From positions 1-55,173 of the forward strand of contig JAZDKI010000020.1 in the NCBI GenBank assembly GCA_043803165.1: 55,173 nt of DNA, written 5' to 3'. Positions within the stretch are counted from its first letter, which is position 1. The number at the start of each line of letters is the position of its first letter. Source of the DNA: Candidatus Micrarchaeota archaeon. Its GTDB lineage: Archaea > Micrarchaeota > Micrarchaeia > Anstonellales > Bilamarchaeaceae. The translations under genes and the position numbers were made by a program. The notes beneath the pieces are model-generated. The model was given only the letters and a program-made list of their open reading frames with translations, did no database searches and was not told the DNA's origin. Shown one piece after another: positions 9,647 through 18,935 of this stretch.

Positions 9647-10336
9647 CTATTTCTGGGCGATCGCGGCCTTAGGTTCGGATATCACTACCGGATCCGCGAA
9701 AAGCCTTCCGTTCACTGCGGTGGCCCCGTAGACCAGGAAGCCGTCGCTTCTTTTGCCAAGGACATTCCCGTTCTTATCCAGCGGGAAGATGTAGGCGGTC
9801 GTATAATTGGCCTTGCCCCCATCGAGGTCCATAGTCCCCCTTTCGATTAGGAACTTGACCCTTGCGACGCTTTCCCCGGCAGTTTCCTTGACAAGCGCGA
9901 CGAAATCTGTGAGGTTCGCACCTCTGAGTTTCCCATTGCTAGATACGGTTAAATTCTTCAGATTCGGTTCGATGCTGACAACGAACATGGCTTCTCTCGC
10001 AACCGTGATGCCATGGAAATATTTGTATCCATTCGAAGCACAGGCCAGTTTCTCGTTTGTGCTGTATCTTGCAGTTTCCTTCTCAAGCTGCGCGATCGTC
10101 CTATCCAGCTTATAACCCTGGACCTTCGTGCTGCCGATCATCGTCATGGCAACGTTCTGCGCTCTCGCTTCCCTTACCGGGTATGATACTGGAGAAAAAG
10201 CTAATCCAAACGCCAATCCGGCAGCAAGCACCGCAGCTCCTGCACGCTTCCAAAATCCCCTTTTAGGCATTACGGAATCCGTTTCCCTCGGTTCCTGCCT
10301 TTTCGGAGCGTTTTCGAGTCTTTTCATTTCCCCCAC
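9647..10336 (-). CDS. hypothetical membrane-anchored or secreted protein
   Basis: The N-terminus has a basic stretch followed by a hydrophobic helix (AGAAVLAAGLAFGLAFSPV). The rest looks beta-rich and has no recognised domain. Confidence 0.6.
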   Translation of the reverse strand: MGEMKRLENAPKRQEPRETDSVMPKRGFWKRAGAAVLAAGLAFGLAFSPVSYPVREARAQNVAMTMIGSTKVQGYKLDRTIAQLEKETARYSTNEKLACASNGYKYFHGITVAREAMFVVSIEPNLKNLTVSSNGKLRGANLTDFVALVKETAGESVARVKFLIERGTMDLDGGKANYTTAYIFPLDKNGNVLGKRSDGFLVYGATAVNGRLFADPVVISEPKAAIAQK

Positions 10337-10427
10337 CCCATATATCAGTGTGCCAAACTCATTAAAAACACTGCGTTTTCCGCTGGAATTCTGTTCAAAC
10401 GCACATCCCAGCCTGATTTCATTGATT

Positions 10428-10440
10428 AAAAATAAAAAAA
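10428..10440 (-). terminator. oligo-T terminator after the giant gene
   Basis: The minus strand reads TTTTTTTATTTTT, 15 nt after the stop at 10455-10457. Confidence 0.45.
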
Positions 10441-10454
10441 TTGAATGAAAGCCC

Positions 10455-13400
10455 TCACTTGACCTTGGGCTTCGGCGGTTTAGCCATCGCGTTGACCAAT
10501 CCCATGATCTTTTCCCTGAGATTGGCGTCCCTCTTCTTCGGATCCCCGAAAAGCTCCGTCTTGAGCATCAGCCCGTCGTCGGTCTCCTTGACCAGCTTCT
10601 TGACGCCGACGATGGCCCCGCTGCCGCCGTTCTTCACGACGTTGTGAAGGTATGCCTTCACCGAGCCGTCGAAGCTCTCCCTGCTCCCTTCATGGACCTT
10701 CTCGAGGACCGCGTTCGCGATGGCGGTCTTCGGGTCCTTCAATATGGCCTCTATCGCCTTATCGACGAGGGCGGAGAATCTCTGGTTGTCGGGGTCTTCG
10801 AAGAACGTTATCGATTCTTCGTTCGGCACCGGCACATTCCCGGGCTCCGGCTTGACCACGGCTCCAATGCTTCCCTTGGCCTTCAGCCCGGTCTTATCCT
10901 TGTCTGCGAGCATCTCGTCATCGACCGCCTGCATGAGGCTTGGGCTTGGGTTCCTGGCCTTCGGGTCGAATTCGACCTTAATCTCTATGCCGTTCACCAG
11001 CAGCTCCTTGAGATGCAAGGCGAACATGTCGCTTTTCAGGACAGAGAACCTGGAATGCCTGTCGTTGAACATCAGGAGGGTCTCAAGCAGTTCAGGGTAT
11101 TCGATGAGTGCTCCCCTGGCCTCGTGGTTCCCGAGCTTGATGTTCGGCAGCAGCTTCTTCGCCGCCTGCTCGACCTTGTAGTCCTCCTCCCTATCCGTGA
11201 AATACGCGCTCTTCCTGGTCTTGGCGATCTTGAAGGACCACTCCAGCGTCCTTTTGGAGACCGGTGCGTTGCGCGCGACGCTCACCAGCCACTTGTTGAC
11301 CAGCCCGGGTGTGATGCCCGTGATTGGGCTGGGGGCTGGCGCCTTCGCCTGGCCTTGCGTTCCGGTTTTTTTCTGGGCAGCGGCAGCCTTGTCTGCTTCG
11401 GCCTTGGCCTCATTCAATAGGGCGACCAGGTGCACCTTCAGCTCCGATGGCGTGGCCTTCGAGAGTATCTCCTCGCGCTTCTTGGCCGCGTCCTCCTTCA
11501 TATTGGCTTCGACCTGGGGGTCCGCCGGCCTGACGGCTACGGGGGCGGCGGGCGTTCCCAGCTTGGCCTGGACGACCTTTTCGCTCAGCGCCGACACGAG
11601 TCTTTTCGTATCCTCGTTCATATATTCAGGGGTCACGAGCTTCTTGGCTGAAAGGGTCCTCCTGGCGCGCTCGAAAGCGATCTTGAGGACCTCTCCGCTC
11701 GTAGCGGCCACTTCGGTCCAGGCGTTTATGAAATCATCGCGCCTCTCCCGTTCCAGGAACTCGGGCGCCCTAGCCTCCTTATCGCAGAATGGCGCAAGCA
11801 GGGCGGTCGCGTTCTTTTTCTGGGTAGAGAGGAAAGTGGCGCTCTCCCTCGTCTTGATGCCGAAGAGGATGATGTTCATCCTCTCATTGGCGGTGACAAG
11901 GTACCACTCCTTCCTGAACATGGAGTTGTTCCCGCTCAGGTATTCGTATGTGAGCGATCCTCCCCCATCCTTGTACTCCTTGATCGCTCCGACGAATGCG
12001 TCGACCTTGAGCGGATTCAGGTAATACCCCTTGTCCTTGAAATCCTCGGTCTTCTTGATCGCTATCGTGCAGCAGACCTTATCGCCCATCACCCATTTCG
12101 GGCTTTTCTTGCCCAAGCGGTAGCCCTTGAGGTCGGCGAAGTTCGTGAGCATCGCCGGCTTCTGGGCGTCCGTGTTCCACGATGGCAGGTTCATGCAGGA
12201 TCGGGGCAGTTTCATGAGCCGGAGCCTCTTTTCCATCTGCTCATCCGTCTCTTCCTTATTGCCCCTCGTCATGCCCCTCTTGAGCGGCCTGGTGCAGTGC
12301 TCCGGCCTCTGGCCTATGTCCCTCTTCTCGAGCACGCTGTATCCGAAGCGCTTCTCATAGAGGTATCTGAAGAGCGGGGGGGTGTCCTTGACGAATTTCG
12401 CGTACGAAGAGGACTTTAGGTGGAACATCTCCATTATCTCCGGCACGCTCCTATTCTTGAAGTTGGCCGGGTGGTCGTTGATTATCCACACCCTTGGCTT
12501 CTCTTTGTCAAGGGGCATCAGCCATGTCCATGGCCTGACCGCGCTTCCCCGGAAGACATTGTCCACGCGGTACCATCCCGCTTCCTTGGAAAAAAGCCTG
12601 CCCCAGGTCTTGGGCTTGAGCAGTTTCGCCCCGCCTAAGAACGCGGGCTTGTCCGGGTAGAAGACATGCCTCTCCTTGGTGTAATACGGGCCACCTGCGA
12701 TGGCCGTGGTGTAGTTCGGAGGCCAGAGGTAGCTGAACCATCTCCATGAGCCGTCATTGGCCTTCGACGGCGCGCTGGAAACGAGCCAGCCCATCGCGAT
12801 GGACGTGATATAGAATATCCCTGCGAGCCCGCCTACGCCCCGCAGCCAGTTCCAAACCTTTTTCGGCTTCCTGTCCGTAGGCCGGTGGTCGGCATCAGGC
12901 TTCTTGGTCCGCCGGTGCCATGGGTTTGTCCATATCAGGTCGATTTTCTCCATGACCAATTCATAATACCAGCCTCCGAAGCCCGCCATGAGCAGGAACG
13001 GCTTGGCCAGCACCCTCTTGATCTTCTCCCAGATCGCCTTGTGCGGAGGGAGCGCTTTCGGCGGCGGGGTCTCTATCCTGCCCGCGCGGGTCTCGAACGT
13101 GATCCTGGCGACCACCCATGCGAAGCGGCTCAGCCCGCCGACCTGTTGCGTGGACTGCGACCCGCGCAGGGCGTTCACTGCGCGCTGGGCGACCTTCTTG
13201 AACGGCTTTCCGTATATCTCATGGATCGCATCGATGGATGCGTTGACGTCCGAGGCCCCATACTGGAGGGTGGTCATCTCCATGACCACTTTGCGGAGCT
13301 CTTTTTTGACATCATCCGGGAGCGGGGCCTTTTCCACGCCCTCCCTGAAGCTCGCAAGTTCGCCTTTGAATACATTCTCATTGAATCCGTAGATCGCCTG

Positions 13401-15329
13401 ATCCCTGGCCAATGCGCCTTCCTGCCTGTTCAAGGCCTTCGTGAGCACTGCCACCGATTCCGGATCCTTCGCCTCCAAGGCGAGCCTGCTGCGCAGCGCG
13501 AGCTGGGCGGATCCGCCCTTGGCATCGGTGATCTCTTTATGGAGCGATTCGACCAGGCCCGTATCCAGCAGCCTCCCGAACGCCTCGATGCATTTGCTCC
13601 TCGAATCGGCTACTTTCCTCGCGCTGGCGAGAAGCTCCATCAGGTGCGGGTTGGGCATCCTCTCGCCCATCTTCTCCATCACTTGATCGAGGCCGGATAC
13701 CGACTTGTCGCGGTTGTGGAGCAGTGCCCTGAAATAATCCGAAAGGTCCACGCAGACCCTTTCCGGGGATTCGTTCGCTACATACTTCTGGAAGCGCGCG
13801 ACCTCCCTCTCCAGCGCAGCGTTGCTCGCCGCGACGGTCCTTTCCGCCTGCGCCTTCGTCTTATCGGCGGTTGTCTTGTTCTCTTGCGCCAACTCGCTCC
13901 TTTTGGAAGCATCCGCTATCAGATCCTCAAGATCGGCGCTCCCCTTCATGTGCCTGGTGCCGTCGATCTCCACCGATCCTTTGGAATTCGCGGTCTTCCT
14001 GGCCTGGAGCAGATAGTCCAATCTGGCCTTCGCCTCGTTGAATTCGCCCTCAGTGGCTGATGTATCATTCCTCACGGCCTCCAGCCTGCCATCCGCCTGC
14101 GTGATAAGCTCCTCAAGCTCGGCGCTCCCCTTCATGTGCCTGGTGCCGTCTATCTCCACCGATCCTTTGGAATTGGCGGTCTTCCTGGCAAGAAGCAGAT
14201 AATCGTGCCTGCCTTGCGCTTCGATGATCTCATTTTCAGCTGCGGTGACATTAGCCTCCGCGGCCACCTTTGCGGTGTCCGCGGCCTCCAGCCTCGCCCC
14301 TGCATCGGCGACCGCGGCCTCCCTCTCCTTCTTCCCGGCCTCGAAAATCTCCAGGTAGCCATTGCCCGGGACATGGTCGAGTTCGTCCATCTTGTCCGAA
14401 GGCAGGGAATTGATGGCCTGCGACCTCGGGAGGAGCACGTTGCACGCATCCTCTATGGGCTCCTTTGAATTCTCGAAGAGCTCTGCGTTGAGGAACGAGC
14501 TGTCGACCACATTCCGATACGCCAGCTCCTTCCAGTCTGTGAACGTCCTGCCTTGGGCTGAGAGCGCCTTGCAGACGTTTCCGACGAACTCTCCCTGGTC
14601 AGCCTCTTCCGTCTTGGTCATCTTCGCGACGCTGACCAGGAACTTGAAAAACGCCTCTGGAGGTGTCGGAAGGTCCTTGGGCCATGCGCCGCGGTCGCGG
14701 TCCGCCTCCCAAAGCTCCACTGCGTTCAATGTCTTCATATCCTTCGTCTGTTTTTGGTCCTTGGAGGTCCCGGTCACTTCCCTCTCTACGGGAGTGCCCA
14801 TCATGGCGGTGTATATAATGTCAAGATCATGGGTGGTGAAATCGCCGATCATGAAGGTCGGGGATTCCCTGGCCCTTGTCAGAGTGTCTGCGAGGATCTC
14901 CCTCGTCCTTTTCATGTCCTTGGCATACTCCTCGTCGACCTCTTCGCGGGGCGTCGGTATCGGGGGGTTGCGGATGACGCTGATCCACGCGGGCTGCGTG
15001 AAGACATCCCTCATGATGCTGGCTGGCGCGGCCGCGTCGGCGTCCCTGGAATATTCGGTCCTTATCGCTGCGAAAAGGTGGTTGTGGAACGTCTGCATCT
15101 CGTCGCCCCTCGCGGTTGTGACATCGACCAGCGCCTCGTCTTTCCTCTGCCCCGCCGGCGCTTGCGCTGGGTTGTTTTCCGTGGCCGGGGCATGCCCCGA
15201 GAAGGCGCCCGCTACGGCGCTTCCCGTATTCCTTACCCTCTGCATTATGCCTACCTTGGCCTGCTGCTGGTCCCTGACCTGCGCCCTCTCCAATCCTGTC
15301 GCTTCCTGCTGACCTGGTTTGTCCGCCAT
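10455..15329 (-). CDS. giant orphan protein (1,624 aa) with coiled-coil N-terminal part and two central TM helices
   Basis: A single uninterrupted ORF with a GGTGG Shine-Dalgarno-like element 8 nt upstream of the ATG. Coiled-coil-like A/E/K-rich segments include an internal 62-aa duplication. Hydrophobic helices are FLLMAGFGGWYYELV and VGGLAGIFYITSIAMGWLV. No catalytic motif is recognised. Confidence 0.85.
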   Translation of the reverse strand: MADKPGQQEATGLERAQVRDQQQAKVGIMQRVRNTGSAVAGAFSGHAPATENNPAQAPAGQRKDEALVDVTTARGDEMQTFHNHLFAAIRTEYSRDADAAAPASIMRDVFTQPAWISVIRNPPIPTPREEVDEEYAKDMKRTREILADTLTRARESPTFMIGDFTTHDLDIIYTAMMGTPVEREVTGTSKDQKQTKDMKTLNAVELWEADRDRGAWPKDLPTPPEAFFKFLVSVAKMTKTEEADQGEFVGNVCKALSAQGRTFTDWKELAYRNVVDSSFLNAELFENSKEPIEDACNVLLPRSQAINSLPSDKMDELDHVPGNGYLEIFEAGKKEREAAVADAGARLEAADTAKVAAEANVTAAENEIIEAQGRHDYLLLARKTANSKGSVEIDGTRHMKGSAELEELITQADGRLEAVRNDTSATEGEFNEAKARLDYLLQARKTANSKGSVEIDGTRHMKGSADLEDLIADASKRSELAQENKTTADKTKAQAERTVAASNAALEREVARFQKYVANESPERVCVDLSDYFRALLHNRDKSVSGLDQVMEKMGERMPNPHLMELLASARKVADSRSKCIEAFGRLLDTGLVESLHKEITDAKGGSAQLALRSRLALEAKDPESVAVLTKALNRQEGALARDQAIYGFNENVFKGELASFREGVEKAPLPDDVKKELRKVVMEMTTLQYGASDVNASIDAIHEIYGKPFKKVAQRAVNALRGSQSTQQVGGLSRFAWVVARITFETRAGRIETPPPKALPPHKAIWEKIKRVLAKPFLLMAGFGGWYYELVMEKIDLIWTNPWHRRTKKPDADHRPTDRKPKKVWNWLRGVGGLAGIFYITSIAMGWLVSSAPSKANDGSWRWFSYLWPPNYTTAIAGGPYYTKERHVFYPDKPAFLGGAKLLKPKTWGRLFSKEAGWYRVDNVFRGSAVRPWTWLMPLDKEKPRVWIINDHPANFKNRSVPEIMEMFHLKSSSYAKFVKDTPPLFRYLYEKRFGYSVLEKRDIGQRPEHCTRPLKRGMTRGNKEETDEQMEKRLRLMKLPRSCMNLPSWNTDAQKPAMLTNFADLKGYRLGKKSPKWVMGDKVCCTIAIKKTEDFKDKGYYLNPLKVDAFVGAIKEYKDGGGSLTYEYLSGNNSMFRKEWYLVTANERMNIILFGIKTRESATFLSTQKKNATALLAPFCDKEARAPEFLERERRDDFINAWTEVAATSGEVLKIAFERARRTLSAKKLVTPEYMNEDTKRLVSALSEKVVQAKLGTPAAPVAVRPADPQVEANMKEDAAKKREEILSKATPSELKVHLVALLNEAKAEADKAAAAQKKTGTQGQAKAPAPSPITGITPGLVNKWLVSVARNAPVSKRTLEWSFKIAKTRKSAYFTDREEDYKVEQAAKKLLPNIKLGNHEARGALIEYPELLETLLMFNDRHSRFSVLKSDMFALHLKELLVNGIEIKVEFDPKARNPSPSLMQAVDDEMLADKDKTGLKAKGSIGAVVKPEPGNVPVPNEESITFFEDPDNQRFSALVDKAIEAILKDPKTAIANAVLEKVHEGSRESFDGSVKAYLHNVVKNGGSGAIVGVKKLVKETDDGLMLKTELFGDPKKRDANLREKIMGLVNAMAKPPKPKVK
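13925..14189. repeat. intragenic direct duplication (two 79-bp copies offset by 186 bp)
   Basis: Positions 13925-14003 and 14111-14189 differ at 3 of 79 positions. The encoded repeat is ARKTANSKGSVEIDGTRHMKGSA(E/D)LE(E/D)LI. Confidence 0.9.
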
Positions 15330-15461
15330 CCTGACCCACCTCGATTTATCGTGATTATTTGTAGCATATTATGAGTGATGGTCTTTTTAAAAGTATGTAG
15401 ATTTTGATGGTTCTTCGTGCACTATATGAAAAGCGCCGGCGGCTGCCGTATGGGGCCCCGC

Positions 15462-16862
15462 CTACTCCAATATCCGTTCTACTATCTTCTGGGGGTCGAA
15501 CCGCTCCAAATCGTCATACCCCTGGCCCATGCCGACGTATATTATAGGCACGCCGGTGGCTTTGCCAAGCGAGAGCATCGTCCCGCCCTTCGGGTCGCAG
15601 TCGAGCTTTGTCAGTATCACGGCGTCTATTCCGACCTCGCGGTTGAAGGCGGACACCTGCTCTATTATCGCGTTCCCGGCTATGCTCTCCCCGATATAGA
15701 CCTTGAGGTCCGGCTTGATGACGCGCCCCATCTTCTTCATCTCGTTGAGCAGGCTGATGTTGGTGTCCTGCCTGCCGGCCGTGTCGATGAGGACTGCGTC
15801 TATCCCGTGCGCTTTCGCGTAATTCACTGCGTCGTATGCGACCGACGTCGGGTCGCTGCCGTATTCCCTCTTTATCATCTTCACGCCCAGCCTTTGGGCG
15901 TGGACGTCCATCTGCTCGATCGCCGCCGCGCGGAACGTGTCGGCCGCGGCGAAAACGACCTTCTTACCGCTTTTCTGCAGCAGCCTCGCCACCTTGGCTA
16001 TCGTCGTGGTCTTTCCCGCCCCGTTTATCCCGATGAACATGATCTTCAGGGGCTTCTCCACCTCTTCGAGCCTCTCTTCGAACGTGAAGGCCTTATCGTT
16101 AGCGAGGATCGAAAGGAGCGTCTCCTTGATCGACCCGCTCACAAACGAGTGCAACTTGTCCTTTGGGACAATCGAACCGATGAGCCTTCCGCGCAGGTCG
16201 GCGGAGATGGCTTCTGCGACCCCGAGGTCCACATCCGCCTCCAGGAGCTCGAGTTCAAGGCCATCAAGCATCTCCTTGACATCTCCCTCGTTGATCTCGA
16301 CTTCGCGCGTGATGATGCTTTTGACGCTCTCGACTATCCCGAGCTTCATCCTCTCCCTGGGCTTCTCCTCTTTCACCGCGATTTTATGCGGAGCGGGCGC
16401 CTCCGCAACCTTTTTCGGCGCGATGATATGCATCTGAGGGATCCCGGGCTCGGGCGCTTTGGAAGGGGCTGGAGCCATCAGCGGAACCGGTTTCTTCTCT
16501 ATCGGCGCTTCTTCCTTCACTATCCCGGTCTCGGGTTTTTTCTCTTCGATTTCCGGTTTTTTTATCCCGATCGGAGGTTTTCTCTCCGGCTTCCGCTCCT
16601 CCTTTTTCGGCTCGGCCTTTATATGCGCGGCCGGCTTCTCTTCGGGTTTAGGATGAGCCTCTTTTTTTGCCGGAGACGCTTTCTCTTTGGTTGCGGGCTC
16701 TTTCTTTTTCGATTCCGCCTCGATCTTCACGGCCGGCTTCTCTTCGATTACGGCCTGCGCCGGGGCCTCTTTGACGGAAATCTCCTCTTTCGGCTTCTCC
16801 TCCTCCTTCTTGGTCAGGCCGTCTATGAAGCCGCCGATCTTCTTCTTGAGGAAATCAAACAT
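15462..16862 (-). CDS. ftsY: signal recognition particle receptor FtsY
   Basis: NG-domain motifs are present: GINGAGKTTTIAK, DTAGR and TKLD. The start is placed at MFDFLKKK (ATG 16862) rather than the ORF-track start at 16922. A K/E/P/A-rich linker of about 190 aa precedes the NG domain. Confidence 0.9.
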   Translation of the reverse strand: MFDFLKKKIGGFIDGLTKKEEEKPKEEISVKEAPAQAVIEEKPAVKIEAESKKKEPATKEKASPAKKEAHPKPEEKPAAHIKAEPKKEERKPERKPPIGIKKPEIEEKKPETGIVKEEAPIEKKPVPLMAPAPSKAPEPGIPQMHIIAPKKVAEAPAPHKIAVKEEKPRERMKLGIVESVKSIITREVEINEGDVKEMLDGLELELLEADVDLGVAEAISADLRGRLIGSIVPKDKLHSFVSGSIKETLLSILANDKAFTFEERLEEVEKPLKIMFIGINGAGKTTTIAKVARLLQKSGKKVVFAAADTFRAAAIEQMDVHAQRLGVKMIKREYGSDPTSVAYDAVNYAKAHGIDAVLIDTAGRQDTNISLLNEMKKMGRVIKPDLKVYIGESIAGNAIIEQVSAFNREVGIDAVILTKLDCDPKGGTMLSLGKATGVPIIYVGMGQGYDDLERFDPQKIVERILE

Positions 16863-17002
16863 GGGCTTTTCCACCTGTCTTCCACCGGACAACAGCAGGG
16901 AACCCGGTTCCCTGCGCCCCATTGTTCGAATCGTCGAACAATAGGGAAGCCCGCAAAACTTCGTCCGGTGATACTGAGAAAAAAGGATGAGAAATAAAAA
17001 AA

Positions 17003-17452
17003 TCAGATGTAGTCTTCGCGGATGTTGTCATCCACGCGCTCGTTGAGCTCGGTCTGCACCTGCATGCGCTGGATCTGGCCCGAGACCTCGCGTAGCCTGC
17101 CGGCTATCCGGTTGAACTCGTCGTTGAGCTTCTCGACCGCCTTCCTGGTCGCCTCGATCCGCCTGCGCATCTCGCCTGCAGCCTCGTCCTTTTCCATCTC
17201 GACCAGGTATTCCCCGCCGATAGGCACCAGCACCTTGGTCTGCGAGACGGCGCCCTTTATCATCGCGCCGCCGCCGATCGGTATCAGCACCTTCTCGGCC
17301 GACAGGCTCTCCACCGTGCGGAGCGCGTTGCCCAGGTCCATCGTGGTCAGGCTGACCCTCTCGGTCTCGCGCTTTATCATCGCGATCTGCTCCCTATAGA
17401 CAGCGAGCTCGTAGCTCAGCTGCGCCTGCGTCGCTTCTTCTCCCTCAGCCAT
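17003..17452 (-). CDS. pfdA: prefoldin alpha subunit
   Basis: The 149-aa product has coiled coils flanking two beta hairpins (VLIPIGGGAMIKG ... VLVPIGGEYLVEM). It sits in the conserved position between rplX and ftsY. Confidence 0.8.
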   Translation of the reverse strand: MAEGEEATQAQLSYELAVYREQIAMIKRETERVSLTTMDLGNALRTVESLSAEKVLIPIGGGAMIKGAVSQTKVLVPIGGEYLVEMEKDEAAGEMRRRIEATRKAVEKLNDEFNRIAGRLREVSGQIQRMQVQTELNERVDDNIREDYI

Positions 17453-17456
17453 AACA

Positions 17457-17636
17457 TCACGAAACCTTCTCTACTTTCTCTATTTTAATCTTATTCCTAG
17501 GGACGCCGTTCACCGAGCCGAACAGGGCGTAGGCCTTGTGCTTGGCGGCGTTCTCGCTCGCAGCCTCGACCTCTTTGGAGAATGTCCTCTCCTCCCGGCC
17601 TAAGGTTATCTTCCCGCTTATGTTGAATCGAGCCAT
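17457..17636 (-). CDS. rplX: ribosomal protein LX (L18Ae/eL20 family); not in the ORF track (59 aa)
   Basis: Hand translation gives MARFNISGKITLGREERTFSKEVEAASENAAKHKAYALFGSVNGVPRNKIKIEKVEKVS. This fits the LX pattern and the conserved eif6-rplX-pfdA order. Confidence 0.7.
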   Translation of the reverse strand: MARFNISGKITLGREERTFSKEVEAASENAAKHKAYALFGSVNGVPRNKIKIEKVEKVS

Positions 17637-17652
17637 AAAAAACCCTCCATGA

Positions 17653-18312
17653 TCATACGATGAGGCCCAAGGCCTCTTCCAGCCTCCCTATCTCGAAGGC
17701 TGTGGTGGCCTCTCCGACCACATAACCGTTCTTGTTCGCTATCGCCCCGAAAGCCACGAAGCCGTTCCCCGTGTTCACGGTGCCTTTGCTCCCGGAGACC
17801 TTGAGCGCGTCCTTTATCTTCGACATCTCCTCCCCGCTCGCCTTGAAGTGCGCGAGGAACCCGCCATTCGTAGCGAGGCACGCGCTTCCGACCGTCGTAT
17901 ATCCTGCGATCGAAAGGGGGACCATCTCGATCCCGAGCGCATCGCCGATCTTTTTGGCCTCTGCGGCTTCGACATTCGGGTTGATTATCCCGCCACGGTC
18001 GTTTGCGGATATGTTGTTGCCATTCGCGTTGTTCTTGTCCTGGCAGACATAGACGTTCAGGCCCGCCTTCTTGAGGAGGGATATCTCCTCCTCTCGCGCG
18101 ACATTGGGAAGCACCACGCCATTCGAATTCATCGCGCAATACATCCCGACCAGGTTGCAGTCCCCGATGCCGGTCCTGATGACCTCGGTCTTGAGCCTCT
18201 CGCGCACCAGGTCCTCGATTCTCTGCATGCTGTCAAGGGGCAGCATGGTGATCGAATCGTTCGTCCGGATGAACATCCCGAGCCAGGGGTTCCCGAAATA
18301 CGCGGCCCTCAT
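17653..18312 (-). CDS. eif6: translation initiation factor 6 (aIF6)
   Basis: The 219-aa product has a typical eIF6 N-terminus (GNPWLGMFIRTND) and pentameric repeat character. It shows an ATGA start/stop overlap with rpl31e. Confidence 0.85.
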   Translation of the reverse strand: MRAAYFGNPWLGMFIRTNDSITMLPLDSMQRIEDLVRERLKTEVIRTGIGDCNLVGMYCAMNSNGVVLPNVAREEEISLLKKAGLNVYVCQDKNNANGNNISANDRGGIINPNVEAAEAKKIGDALGIEMVPLSIAGYTTVGSACLATNGGFLAHFKASGEEMSKIKDALKVSGSKGTVNTGNGFVAFGAIANKNGYVVGEATTAFEIGRLEEALGLIV

Positions 18313-18770
18313 TTGTGTTCCTTCTTCGCCTCTTTGGGCTGCTCTGCATGGATCGGGGCTTCCGTGGGGGCGTGTCTGGCCTCTGGTTTGGCCGCGACGC
18401 CCTTCGCTTCGGGTTTCGGGGCCGCTGTAACGCCCTTGGCCTCGGCCTTCGGCGTCTCTTTCTTCCCTTCGGCGCCCTTCACGGTTTTTTTCGGCTCTTC
18501 GATCTTCTCGTCGTGGAGGTACGCCCTGATGACACCCTCGTCCTTGATGAGCCTGACCTTGACCCTGCGCGGGGGCTTCATGATGCTCCGCACCCAGAGG
18601 TGCGCGTTCAGCCCCTTGCTGATGAGGATCCTCTCCCCGTCGGCCTTCATGTGCCTCCCGATGAATTCGCGCAGTATCTTGACCGCGCGGGGGACGCGCT
18701 TGCGCCGGACCGTCTCATAAGCCTTCCGCAGCGGGATTGTGTATATCCTTTCGAGTTTCATCGATTTCAC
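18309..18770 (-). CDS. rpl31e: ribosomal protein L31e with K/E/A/P-rich C-terminal extension
   Basis: The core is L31e-like (ERIYTIPLRKAY ... VPRAVKILREFIGRHMK ... LNAHLWVRSIMKPPRRVKVRL). The start is either GTG at 18770 or ATG at 18761. A low-complexity tail of about 55 aa follows. Confidence 0.85.
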   Translation of the reverse strand: MKSMKLERIYTIPLRKAYETVRRKRVPRAVKILREFIGRHMKADGERILISKGLNAHLWVRSIMKPPRRVKVRLIKDEGVIRAYLHDEKIEEPKKTVKGAEGKKETPKAEAKGVTAAPKPEAKGVAAKPEARHAPTEAPIHAEQPKEAKKEHK

Positions 18771-18931
18771 CCTTCATCCGGGATCCGGAGCTTGTCTGTC
18801 CTCCAGTCCCTTCTCCTTCGATTGAAGCTGACCTTCCGCTTGGTCCGGATTATCACAAAGGCGGGGATCCGCCTGATCTTCCTCGCTTCTTTGGCGAGCT
18901 TCATCTTCTTGGCTAGTCCTTTTGCACCCAT
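18767..18931 (-). CDS. rpl39e: ribosomal protein L39e; not in the ORF track (54 aa)
   Basis: Hand translation gives MGAKGLAKKMKLAKEARKIRRIPAFVIIRTKRKVSFNRRRRDWRTDKLRIPDEG. It has the basic L39e pattern and the conserved position upstream of rpl31e. Confidence 0.75.
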   Translation of the reverse strand: MGAKGLAKKMKLAKEARKIRRIPAFVIIRTKRKVSFNRRRRDWRTDKLRIPDEG

Positions 18932-18935
18932 AATC

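Noticed and set aside
15417-16997. A 526-aa plus-strand ORF, and similar long antisense ORFs (39268-41259 at 663 aa, 12885-14060 at 391 aa, 18315-19412 at 365 aa, 14362-15312 at 316 aa).
   Set aside because: They lie antisense to genes with unmistakable conserved motifs (ftsY, cdc48, ribosomal proteins). They have R/L/P/G-rich composition typical of spurious reverse-frame ORFs in GC-rich DNA.
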